Positions 39,881 to 51,820 of a stretch of DNA of 64,000 nucleotides are shown piece after piece. A program made the position numbers and the translations under genes. Origin of the DNA: Octopus vulgaris. Its lineage: Eukaryota. The notes beneath the pieces were generated by a model. The model had not been told where the DNA came from. It did not search any database and was given only the letters and a program-made list of their open reading frames with translations. The stretch covers positions 155,062,001 through 155,126,000 of the forward strand of contig OX597817.1 of NCBI GenBank assembly GCA_951406725.2, written 5' to 3'. Numbering within the stretch: position 1 is the stretch's first letter; every line of letters begins with the position of its first letter.

Positions 39881-40879
39881 TGTGAGTGTGTATAGAAATA
39901 TAAAGTAAACTTACAAGCAAGTGTTTTCCGTAAACAGACTTTTGGCCACATTGTTAAACAGAGGTCATCATCAACATTTAACGTCCGTGATCCATGAGTT
40001 GGACAGCTTGACAGGAACAGGCAAGATCAGAGGTCACACCAGTCTGTTTTAGCTTAGTCTCTACAGCTGGGTGTCCTTCCTTTTGCCAATCACTATACAG
40101 TGTGTGCTGGGTGCTTTTACATGGCACTTTGGTTTTAGGGTCTCAGCCCTGTCATGGTGGGCAGGTCCAATGCACCACGTATCTCAGTCCTCTGTCATCT
40201 CTTTCATAAGGTGCAGTGTTTTGAGAGATACCAATAGCTAAAACAATATTTTTTTTCTCTTTCTTGGTGGCCGCTAAAATGATTGACCTTACATGTTTCA
40301 GCATTTTACTCTTTTATTTGTTTGTCATTTGACTGTGGCCATGCTGGAGCACCGCCTTTAGTTGACCAAATCAACCCCAGGACTTATTCTTTGTAAGCCT
40401 AGTACTTATTCTATCGGTCTCTTTTGCCGAACCGTTAAGTTATGGGGATGTAAACACACCCGTATCGGTTGTCAAACCCTTTTCTCCCACCCCTCACCCT
40501 AACACAAATCCTAACCCTAACCCCCCATATATATAAAAAAAAAAAGACTTTTCGGAGAGTGATGATCTTCTTCAAATGTAAACAAACACACGTGGCAGTT
40601 ATGGTACTTGTACCGTAAGATCGCCCTTACTTTCTTTCCTCTGTGCTTCAGCTAGTCGAAAACATTTTGGTGCTCTATCAGCCCTTAAAGCTTTAGAATG
40701 GACTGTGGAAAAACTTTGATGCCTGTGAACTTACATGTCATACCTAAATAAATTTTAATGGCCCTAACTATCATCACCTTAGTTTTCTGCAACCCTGGTC
40801 ATACTGATTTGTGGACTTATAACAGTAAACCATTTAAAAACCAACCTGGAAATGGCAAGTATACTTGCAGGTACAACAG

Positions 40880-41351
40880 ATTCTGTGTAATTCAGGGCAT
40901 GGACACATTGAAACTCCGACGTCTGGCAGCTGACTTGGCAGACACTCATAAAATTATCAACCATCGTACAAACATTAACTCTGAGCACCTTTTCAAACTC
41001 CACCCATCTAACACCCGTGGACATATTTACAAAGTCAGAAAATAGCACAGCTCCCATGACTTCAGGAAACATTTTTTCACGCTGAGAGTTGCTGAAGCAT
41101 GGAACAAACTGCCGGCATCAGTTGTTAGTTGTCGGAGCACTGCATCCTTCAAAACTTCCATGCTTCCTGAGATTTGCCAACACTCCACCTGATTTCCTCC
41201 CCTCCATACACACACAAGCATGTATCTGACTCATACACTGTTCGCTTTCCAGACATTTCTACATTACTGCATGTACTTTATATGCACTTTCTGACAAGTT
41301 GTGCTGCACCTGAGCACTGTATACAATAATTTCATTATTATTATTATTATT
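40880..41351 (+). mobile_element. CR1/L2-clade LINE 3' end
   Basis: GMDTLKLRRLAADL..HKII..TRGH.YKV.K..FRKHFFTLRVAEAWNKLP..VV; one in-frame stop; 3' UTR and (ATT)n tail. Confidence 0.85.
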
Positions 41352-41692
41352 AATTAATACTATTAATACATAGCAAACATCTTGTGCATCTCGAGTTTAG
41401 CCAGAATACAGTTGACTGCTGACTTTGCATAATGATATGATGTGGGGTGTGGTTGGCATGACTCATCTGCAAATAATGTTTCATTGCAGTTATTTTATTA
41501 TTTTGGTATTATCTAACACAATCTATAAAAAAAAAAATGTTAATACCTTATAATTATTACCTGCAAAATATTAGCTCTTAATTCACAATACTTATTTAAG
41601 ATTTAGCAGACATTTTGTTATTGGTCTCAGTTCAGTTGCACAATCTGTATTATATATATGTATATATATACACACACACACATATGCACACA

Positions 41693-43550
41693 GGCGGCGA
41701 GCTGGCAGAAACGTTAGCACGCTGGGCGAAATGCGTAGCTGTATTTCGTCTGCCGTTACGTTCTGAGTTCAAATTCTGCCGAGGTCGACTTTGCCTTTCA
41801 TCCTTTCGGGGTCGATAAATTAAGTACCAGTTACGCACTGGGGTCGACGTAATCCGTTTGTCTGTCCTTGTTTGTCCCCTCTGTGTTTAGCCTCTTGTGG
41901 GTAGTAAAGAAATATATACATATGCACACACACACACATACACACACAGTAACTTGAGGATATTCCCTGACATATCTTCCCCGTCCTTTCTCATCCAGCT
42001 GGGGTATCCATGTATCTCCTCTACAGCAAGAACCTGTTCCCGTCCCTCTATCATACTTTAACCTCTCATCTCCTGGCCATAAAGCCACTTCCCTCTATCT
42101 TCTCCCCCCGCCTCCACCATCAATTGAGGAGTCTTCTCTTATGACCTCGCTTCTACTAGTGCCAAATAAAAGGCACCCAGTACACTTTGTAAAGTGGTTG
42201 GCATTAGGAAGGCCATCCAGCCTGACAGAACCATGATGAAGCAAACATTGGAGCACAATGCAGTCTTCCGTTCACCAGATCCTGTCGAACCAACCAGCCT
42301 ATGCCATGGAAAGTAGACATTAAATGATGATGATTGAAACGAAATATCTATTATATAAAATCCGTTCTGTGTGTGTGTCTTCTAGGATCTTGGGCATCCT
42401 CCATCCGATTGCGCTCATATTTGATATGTAGATACCAATGGTATAAGGCGGCGAGCTGGCAGAAATGTTAGCACGCCGGGCAAAATGCTTAGCAGTATTT
42501 CATCTGCTGCTACGTTCTGAGTTCAAATTCCGCCGAGGTCGACTTTGCCTTTCATCCTTTCGGGGTCGATTACATAAGTACCAGTTACGCACTGGGGTCG
42601 ATATAATCGACTTAATCCGTTTGTCTGTCCTTGTTTGTCCTGTCTGTGTTTAGCCCCTTGTGGGTAGTAAAGAAATAGGTATCAGGGCATGTGTAAGTGT
42701 TGAAAAAATTACAAAAATCGATTCCAGGTGAGAATGCGATCAATAAAATGAATAAAATCGTTTTTCTTTGGATTAGAAAAAAATTCTATCTTTATTTCTT
42801 CTTTTGCTGGTGTCTCAAATTTAGGTTAAATCAGTGTTTCTCAAAGGGGAGGCCTATAGGACGGTCGGACAAGTTGTTATGAGAAAATTTGGTTTAAATG
42901 TTTGACAACTCAGCACCGTCCATTGGACGGGGGTGGGGTGTTTAGCTCGTACATAAATGTATACACACACACACATTGTTATCGATATATGTGGTGAATA
43001 CATAGTTTCTGTTTAATGCTGCAACTTTTAACTGAATAAAGTTAATACAAACCTTAAAAAGAAAACCCAAATTCTTGTTTAATTACAGATGAAATACATT
43101 CAAATGCAGACTCACACAACGTATGTACCAAGCCGGTTGAAAACACCTCTTCATTTTCCACCAAATTCTACCAAACACGATGCTCGTGTGTTGAGTGATA
43201 AAATTACAGGTAGACATCTTTTTCAACATTGGTACTAATTTAATGGTCAGCATGTGATACTGTGAAGGTAATACTTTTAAAACTATCTATTTTGCTGGCA
43301 GTATAGATGGTTTCAGTCAATGAGGTGAGCTGGCAGAAACGTTAGCATGCCGGGCGAAATGCGTAGCCGTATTTTGTCTGCCGCTACGTTCTGAGTTCAA
43401 ATTCTGCCGAAGTCGACTTTGCCTTTCATCCTTTCGGGGTCAATTAAATAAGTACCAGTTATGCACTGGGGTCGATATAATCGACTTAATCCGTTTGTCT
43501 GTCCTTGTTTGTCCCCTCTGTGTGTAACTCCTTGTGGGTAGTAAAGAAAT
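41693..43550 (+). mobile_element. Three Meta-type SINEs (41693-41914, 42445-42680, 43323-43550) around exon 3; also ~35692-35927 and decayed trio ~23069-23650
   Basis: Same family consensus on + strand. Confidence 0.85.
43089..43209 (+). CDS. Exon 3: linker into ARH domain (MKYIQMQTHTTYVPSRLKTPLHFPPNSTKHDARVLSDKIT-G)
   Basis: TTACAG acceptor, 121 nt open, donor AG|GTAGAC; phase 0 in, phase 1 out. Gives 'DKITGLIFGAAVGDAIG', the usual ARH N-terminal helix, when joined to exon 4. Confidence 0.85.
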
Positions 43551-46500
43551 TGGAGGTGAGAGGTCAGTATGTATCCTATCATTGTAAATTAATACTAATA
43601 CTGGAGATAAGGTACAAGTCACTAACTGTAAACTGTGGTAGTCTTGTGAAATTGAAAGTATTTTGATAGTAGGTAATTCAGCTCCTCCTGTCAGTATAAA
43701 TCGGAGAGGAAAAAACTCCACCAAGCTGACTTATCCTATATACCCTAGTTACACATATATTAGGTTTTCAGCACAAACTACTTCTCTCCTAAGTTACTTT
43801 GGTATTTGGTACATGATCAAATGTGAAATGGCTATATGCATAAGATATGTATTGCCAGCTCATGGGTTATGATTTCTGATCCACTACAACCATTTCGATA
43901 TGTCTCTGGAAAGGACTTCATTATTTAGACTTATCTGTTATTTTAGCACCATGTAAATAATGTTAAGCAATGTCTCTTGTGAAGCTCTTTGAACCTTAGA
44001 TTAAAAAGAAAAGCAATAAAAGAAGAGCCATTTGTGTATCATACTTAATGTAAATACATTGCAAAAAACAAATTTACTGAGGTATCTCTTATGGATGTGC
44101 AGTGTTTAAAAACAGAATATATATTGGAGGTGAACAAAAACATCGTAGCAGCAGTTGGTGAAAATGTTAGATACATTTCTGACCGTTTGGGTAGAAATAT
44201 ACTTATGTCTTGTGTTTAAATTCAAATCCCATTGAAACAAGCTTGTGCTTTTTATCTCTCCAAAATTGATTAAATATTTCCCAATTTTATAACAGCATAA
44301 GGTTTGGGATAGAAGTGGCTTCCAGTCAGTTACCTTTGCTAAAGAGAGTTCTAGAAATATCAGCTAAATCTCTCTGAAATCCTATTCAAGAGGATAAGGA
44401 CAGGTTGGTTATATAGTTCAACATAAATATAGAATGTAGACAAGATAATTACTACTGGAATGTCCTTTATCATAGTCCTACTTAATTAAGGCTGACCAAG
44501 GAAGTAAGTTTCTCTTGACTGCTAGAAACAGCATACAAAACTGCCCTCAAATCATATTCAACTGTCTTTTAAAAAAAAGGACACTTTGATAATGTAGTCC
44601 TAGAAATACTGTTTCCGGACAGAATCATTAAAACATCTGGAAGAATGAATTGCAATAATTGTTCCTACCCTATACCTTCATGAGTTCAAATCCCACCTAG
44701 GGCTACTTTTCATTCTTTCAAGCTTGATAAGTACAGTACCAGTCTCATCATATCCTGGATGTTTCGTAGAATCATAGGGAGGAGGCCAAGAGAGTGTCTG
44801 TGTTTATTTATGATGACGTAGGTACCTAAAACTGTCGGCATGGAGCATGCTGACACTAACTCATTCTTGATTGCAAGTGACAGGTGTTTATCTTTTGGGT
44901 TTTTTTTGTGTTTTTTTTTATCATGTTGAATCAAGAAAAAAGTCAAAGGCAAAATTCTAATAATTCTGGCAGGATTTCCACCTCAAAACATTTAGTTACA
45001 TCCCTTTACATTTGAGTTCAAATCCTAATGAGTTTGACTTTCACTTTTGTCTCAACGATATTTGTACCAGAGAAGCACTAAGGAAAAGGTAATCAACTAA
45101 ACTCTACCTCACCATCCTATAAAACTTCTGGCTCTGTGGTAATGTAAAAGGGTAAAGACCCCCTTAGTCACAAATGGCCATGGATTTGCTCCGAGAAAGT
45201 TCCCCTCCAAGGCACAAGTACAGGCAAGGTTGTTTGTGGAAGACCAGCAGTTGCCTATGCATACCAGCCTCCCCTCACCATTCCACCAATGTTGTCCATG
45301 GGAAAGGCAAAGACCGATACAGCTTGGTACCACTGGTGCCTCAACTCAGTTCTGTAGCTGAGTGAATTGAAGCAACGTGAACTAAAGTGTCTTGCTCAAG
45401 AATAATATACACAGCCCAATCCAGGAATTGAACTCACAACCTCGTAATCGTAAGGCCAATACTCTAATCACTGAACCATGTGCCTTCACTGTGGTAATGT
45501 AATAAATTATTATTAGCACTGTCATTATATCCAAATGAGTCTTTGGGTTTGCTAGAAACATAAACATAGGCGCAGGAGTGGCTGTGTGGTAAGTAGCTTG
45601 CTAACCAACCACATGGTTCCGGGTTCAGTCCCACTGCATGGCATCTTGGGCAAGTGTCTTCTGCTATAGCCTCGGGCCGACCAAAGCCTTGTGAGTGGAT
45701 TTGGTAGACGGAAACTGAAAGAAGCCTGTCGTATATATGTATGTATGTGTGTGTATTTGTGTGTCTGTGTTTGTCCCCCGTCACTTAGCGGTTCGGCAAA
45801 AGAGACCGATAGAATAAGTACTGGGCTTACAAAGAATAAGTCCCAGGGTCAATTTGCTCGACTAAAGGTGGTGCTCCAGCATGGCCGCAGTCAAATGACT
45901 GAAACAAGTAAAAGAGTATTTGTTGATTCATTCCATAACCTTAGTTTTTTTTTATTTATTTAACTGCACTAAGGCCTCATGGGATAAAAACAGCATGATT
46001 TGAGGCTTTATTATTTCAATGCCTGGTTATGCAAGTGAAAGGTATCAACCATCCCAATTTACCACTGGCACGGAACTAGATACCATAAAAATCAATCTAA
46101 TGAAATTTGGTTTCCTTTACACACACACACACACACACACACCACTCTCACCACCATCCTTCTTTTATGAACTATACTACTACTACTACTACTACTACTG
46201 TTGCTACCACCAAGTACAACACACCACAAGTTCATCACTTAAAAGGCAAGTAACGGCATTGAACAAGGGCCATTTCTTGGGGTCATATGACGGTTGGGTG
46301 TTTTCCTCTGAGCTTCCGGTGCTTTCCTAATCCATTTTCTAAATAGTCAGCAACCCTGGCATTGGTCCAGATGATGTCCTCCGATGGAAAGCTCACAGAT
46401 CACCACCACCAACCATGAGGATGGTAAGATGTCTGAAATAGATACAACCGACCAATGGAAAACCAGTGAAACAAACTGGCTGTTTCGTTTGCTTTTTCCT

Positions 46501-47694
46501 CTCTTTTATGGATTTTCATTTTTGTCTGCCTCAATGGTTTATTTCATTTGTCGGTAGTGGCAGTGTTCGGGAGGGGGTGTTGATGGTGGTGGTGATATTG
46601 TTCTTGGTGGTGGTGGTGTTGGCGGCGGCGGTGATGGTGGTTGTGAAGATTATTTGTGCTAGAGAGGTTTTGTTAAAAAGAATAGTGTTGGCAGTGGAGC
46701 AGGGTTGGTGGGGTAGATGGAAGTGTTTTATGATTGTGGGGGAAAATGTTATTTGATGGAGGAGGAGATGGTGGTGGTGGTCGCCGCCGTCGTCAGAATG
46801 ATATTCCTCTGCCTTATTGATCCATTTTTAAAACTCCATGATGCAGTCAGTTTCAGTGAAGTTACAGTCTTAAAGATTCTGAAAGCATTTGCTACTGTCT
46901 GTGCTCTTACCATTGAACATGCCTCTACCATTAACCAGCTGTATCTCTTCTGACATCTCCATCACCATGACCACCACCACAACCACCATTATTATCATCA
47001 TCATTTGCTCACTGGTGACATTGTAGCTAATCCCGTAAGCAATACAACCACCTCAAACATTGCCTCTGACACCACTACCACTGCTGTTACACATTGTCTT
47101 TGTCACAGTGTAACACTGTTGGGTCATTGGCATAACAGACCTATTTCTTTACTACCCACAAGGAGCTAAACACAGAGGGGACAAGCAAGGACAGACAAAC
47201 GGATTAAGTCGATTACATCGACCCCAGTGTGTAAACTGGTACTTAATTTATCAACCCTGAAAGGATGAAAGGCAAAGTTGACCTCGGCGGAGTTTGAACT
47301 CAGAACGTAAAGCATTTCATCCGGCGTGCTAACGTTTCTGCCAGCTTGCGCCTTACAGACCATTCACTCACTTTAGCATTGTCATGTGATCTTTGGGTGC
47401 CTTCAGCAGAAGTCACTCTCTTGTAAACATTTGGACTCAGAATATGTCCACCCACCACCCACATTTTTCCTACAGATGTCCGAGCTGGACATCAACTAGG
47501 CATAAAGAGTAGTTTGGTTATGAATTGCCCATGAATTACAGACAATTCGTAATTGTACAATTCTTTATGAATAATAATTTTTTTCTTATTACTTTATAAT
47601 TACTATTATAAGAGCATTATTAAATTAGTAGGATTAGAATTAAATTTTATTAGGAATTTACCACCAGATGGGGCTGAAAATATTATTATAAATA

Positions 47695-48175
47695 CCATAA
47701 ATCCTTGAGTATAGTCCGCACTTGAGTATAATATGCAGGGGATTTTTAGGGGGCTGTACCTCTGAAAAACCTAAACCATGTGTATAATACACACTCCTTC
47801 TCTAACTTGAGTCAAGAAGGTCTATACAACGTTCTTTATTATTATTGTATGTATAACATAATGCAAATGTGTAGCTTTTTTGTGCATTTTGTTTGCAGAA
47901 GATAAAAAAATAACAGTAATAACGTTTAATAAATGTTGCTTACTGCAAGTTATGGATGGTTCTTTTATGACTTCATTGCTTTCAGGCTTAGCTTAAGGTA
48001 TTTTCGCACCCGACAGCACAAAATGTGTCTGAATAAACATTGCTGGACAGCAAATAGAGACTTGGACATTGCTTAGAAAATATTTTTCATTTTTAACCTC
48101 GTATATAGTACGCACTAGGGATTTTGACCTTTAAATTTTGGGGAAAAAATACAGATTATACTCAAGGATTTACGG
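47695..48175. mobile_element. Tc1/mariner-pogo(Tc2)-like MITE
   Basis: TA|CCATAAATCCTTGAGTATA ... TATACTCAAGGATTTACGG|TA. Confidence 0.8.
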
Positions 48176-49423
48176 TACTGGTTTTTATTCCATGACAAAC
48201 TTTAACACTTTAGCATTTCAACTGGCCAAACTGGCCAGATCTGGTCTCTCACACCTACCCTACAATGTCATTTTGTATATGAGCAATCACATCATCAAAA
48301 TCTCAGGGCTACAAGACAGTGTAGGATAAATTCATAGCAAAGTGATTAAATAAGCATTGAATTTGACAGAGTAATCTGAATGCTAAAGATTTAAAGAAAA
48401 ATGTATCTTGGTGTTGTAACTGTGTAACACCATGTCATAGTTGCGTAATTGTAGCACTATACTCTTTTTAGTCTTTTACTTGTTTCAGTCATTTGACTGT
48501 GGCCATGCTGGAGCACTGCCTTTAGTCGAGCAAATCGACTACAGGACTTATTCTTTGGAAGCCTAGTACTTATTCTATCAATCTCTTTGGCCAAACCGCT
48601 AAGTTACGGAGACGTAAACACACTAGCATCGGTTGTCAAGCAATGTTGGGGGAACAAACACAGACACACAAACAGATACACACATAGGAAGGGCATCCAG
48701 CTGTAGAAACTCTGCCAGATCAAGATTGAAGCCTGGTGCAGCCATCTGGTTCGCCAGCCCTCAGTCAAATTGTCCAACCCATGCTAGCATGGAAAGCGAA
48801 CGTTAAACGATGATGATGATGATATATATACACACATATACACGACGGGCTTCTTTCAGTTTCCGTCTACCAAATCTACTCACAAGGTTTTGGTTGACCC
48901 GAGGCTATAGTTGAAGACACTTACCCAAGGTGCCACACAGTGGGACTGAACCCAGAACCATGTGATTGGTAAGCAAGCTACTTACCACACAGCCACTCCT
49001 ACGCCCATGTGTGCCATTGTGTATTAACTTTGCAATATATTCTGTCTCAATGTAGTAATTGTGTAATATAGTTTGTGTGTCATGATGTTCTTACTAAGTA
49101 ACATTGTGTTGCATCCGTAACACAGTCTGCATCATAGTATAGTGGCACAATGTATCGTATAACTTTGACTCAATATGTTTCGTAGTGTAGTAACTGTAAC
49201 TCCCAATTCTACAGGAATTTGGTGTAACACAATGTGCCTTGTTGAATGACTGTAACACTATGTAACTTCAGGTTAGAAAGTGTAACACAGCATGCTACTA
49301 GGATTTTGTGGCACAGTATATAGTTTCAGTGGAGTAAAAGTAATGCAGTGAGTGACTACTTGTTAGTATGTGTAATAGTATATGAGTTTTGTTATTGATT
49401 GTGTGTGTGTGAGAGAGAGACAA

Positions 49424-50172
49424 CGAAATGCTTAGTGGTACTTCGTCTGTCGTTACGTTTTGAGTTCAAATTCCACCGAGGTCGACTTTACCTTTCATCC
49501 TTTCGGGGGTCGATTAAACAAGTACCAGTTACGCACTGGGGTCGATGTAATCGACTTGATCCCCCTTGTCTGTCCTTGTTTGTCCCCTCTATGTTTAGCT
49601 CCCTTGAGGGCAATAAAGAAATAGGTATTTCGTCTGCCGTTACGTTCTGAGTTCAAATTCCGCCGAGGTCAACTTTGCCTTTCATCCTTTCGGGGTCGAT
49701 TAAACAAGTACCAGTTACGCACTGGGGTCGATGTAATCGACTTGATCCCCCTTGTCTGTCCTTGTTTGTCCCCTCTATGTTTAGCTCCTTTGAGGGCAAT
49801 AAAGAAATAGGTATTTCGTCTGTCGTTACGTTCTGAGTTCAAATTCCGCCGAGGTCGACTTTGCCTTTCATCCTTTCGGGGTCGATTAAACAAGTACCAG
49901 TTACGCACTGGGGTCGATGTAATCGACTTGATCCCCCTTGTTTGTCCCCCTCTGTGTTTAGCTTCCTTGAGGGCAATAAAGAAATAGGTATTTCGTCTGT
50001 CGTTACGTTCTGAGTTCAAATTCCGCCACGGTCGACTTTGCCTTTCATCCTTTCGGGGGTCGATTAAACAAGTACCAGTTACACAATGGGGTCTATGTAA
50101 TCGACTTGATCCCCCTTGTCTGTCCTTGTTTGTCCCCTCTATGTTTAGCTCCCTTGAGGGCAATAAAGAAAT
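49424..50172 (+). repeat. Tandem array of four head-truncated Meta-type SINE units (~180-200 bp)
   Basis: Junctions GAAATAG|GTATTTCGTCTG at ~49625, 49811, 49988; shared diagnostic TGAGGGCAATAAAG. Confidence 0.92.
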
Positions 50173-50209
50173 AAATATCTTATGAAGTATCGGGTCTTCT
50201 GTATTGCAG

Positions 50210-50385
50210 GTCTCATTTTTGGTGCTGCTGTAGGTGATGCAATTGGTCTGGCTGCACGATGGATGGACCCTGACGAATGCCAGTTCTACTATGATAAAGA
50301 AGATCTGAAATATTGTAATATCCGCCAGGACAAACACCGAGTGTTTTGGTCACCTGGAGATTGGACATCGAATTTTGATACAATG
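50210..50385 (+). CDS. Exon 4: ARH domain (GLIFGAAVGDAIGLAARW...SPGDWTSNFDTM)
   Basis: TTGCAG acceptor; GxxxGDAxG and GDWT motifs of ADP-ribosylglycohydrolases; donor ATG|GTTGGT; phase 1 in, 0 out. Confidence 0.92.
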
Positions 50386-50589
50386 GTTGGTATATGTCCT
50401 CATCATCGTCATCGTTTTCAGTGTCTGTTTTACCATGCTTGTGTATAGTCTCTCAATGCAGATTTTCTACAGCTGGATGTCCTTCCTGTCACCAAGCCTC
50501 ATCTCTTTCACCAAGCCTCATCTCTTTCTGAAACATGTGATTGAGAAGCCAAATTTTTAATCACATAGCCACACCTGCATCAGTCTCTC

Positions 50590-50661
<72 letters not shown>

Positions 50662-50666
<5 letters not shown>

Positions 50667-51217
50667 AATCAAATTGCGATAAAATAAAAATAATTATAAT
50701 CGCTGGTATTACTAACACAAGCCATATATTTTTCATATATCAGTACATTAAGGCGAAATATGTGCTAGGAATACAGAAGCTTGATAAATTAAGTGAAATG
50801 AAGATAAAAACATTTACTAAACCGGTAATTCTCAGACTGCAGTTTCTTTCTTTTCAGCAATAAAGATAATTTATTTGCTCAGGGAGAATTCTTCAGTGAG
50901 ACCCTGTCTTTCTGGGATCCTAACTCACTAGAAGCATGTGCTTCTAATGATTTACTCTCCCTAACTAATCATATCACTGCGCAGACTCCGAACGTCCCGA
51001 CAAAACTAGGGAATTCTGGTATATCGCCTGGCGCTCGTAATTTATTGAGAAATATGTAAACAAATCAAATTGCGATAAAATAAAAATAATTATAATTGCT
51101 GGTATTACTAACACAAGCCATATATTTTTCATATATCAGTACATTAAGGCGAAATATGTGCTAGGAATACAGAAGCTTGATAAATTAAGTGAAATGAAGA
51201 TAAAAACATTTACTAAA
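50662..51217 (-). mobile_element. Penelope-like/retrozyme-like element with 160-bp direct terminal repeats, 396-bp period
   Basis: 50662-50821 repeated at 51058-51217 (one C/T difference seen); (TA)n on both sides; hammerhead in the unique middle. Confidence 0.65.
50830..50901 (-). ncRNA. Type I hammerhead ribozyme inside direct-repeat element
   Basis: Minus strand TCTCA-CTGAAGA-[long imperfect stem II]-GAAA-CTGCAG-TC-TGAGA; perfect 5-bp stem I, 8-nt palindrome ACTGCAGT, GUC cleavage triplet. Confidence 0.7.
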
Positions 51218-51778
51218 TAAATATATATATATATATATATATATACATACATTTTCATTTCTCGTTGAGTTCTACGTCTATTATTGGTGTCCTGTACTCA
51301 TGTATATATATTTATATATGCATGTATATATACATGTAGATGTAGGTACGTACATATATGTATGTATGTATGCATATATTTTATTTATTACACTATATAT
51401 ATATATATATGATCAACATCAATGGAAATTGTAGCTGTGATACCAGTGCCGGTTGCACGTAAGCGAACCATCCGAACGTGGCCGTTGCCAGCGCCGCCCC
51501 GACAGCCATCCGTGCCGGTGGCATGTAAAAAGCACCATCCGACTGTGGCCGTTTGCCAGCCCTGTCTGGCACCTGTGCTGGTGGCACGTAAAAAGCACCC
51601 GCTACACTCACGGAGTGGTTGGCGTTAGGAAGGGCATCCAGCCGTAGAAACACTGCCAGATTTGACTGGGCCTGGTGCAGCCTTCTGGCTTCCCAGACCC
51701 CAGTTGAACCGTCCAACCCATGCTAGCATAGAAAACGGACACTAAACGATGATGATGATGACATCCTTGAAATCTTGA

Positions 51779-51820
<42 letters not shown>

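Noticed and set aside
43089-43105. Exons 2 and 3 both begin with TACATTCAAA (YIQ)
   Set aside because: 10-nt match only, no further similarity; likely chance.
46230-46950. Coding-like islands between (CAC)/(GGT)n tracts (GPDD, VSFSEVTVLKILK)
   Set aside because: Possibly ancient LINE debris, but too short and degenerate to assign.
49669-50337. 222-aa minus-strand ORF
   Set aside because: Antisense of exon 4 running into the tandem SINE array.
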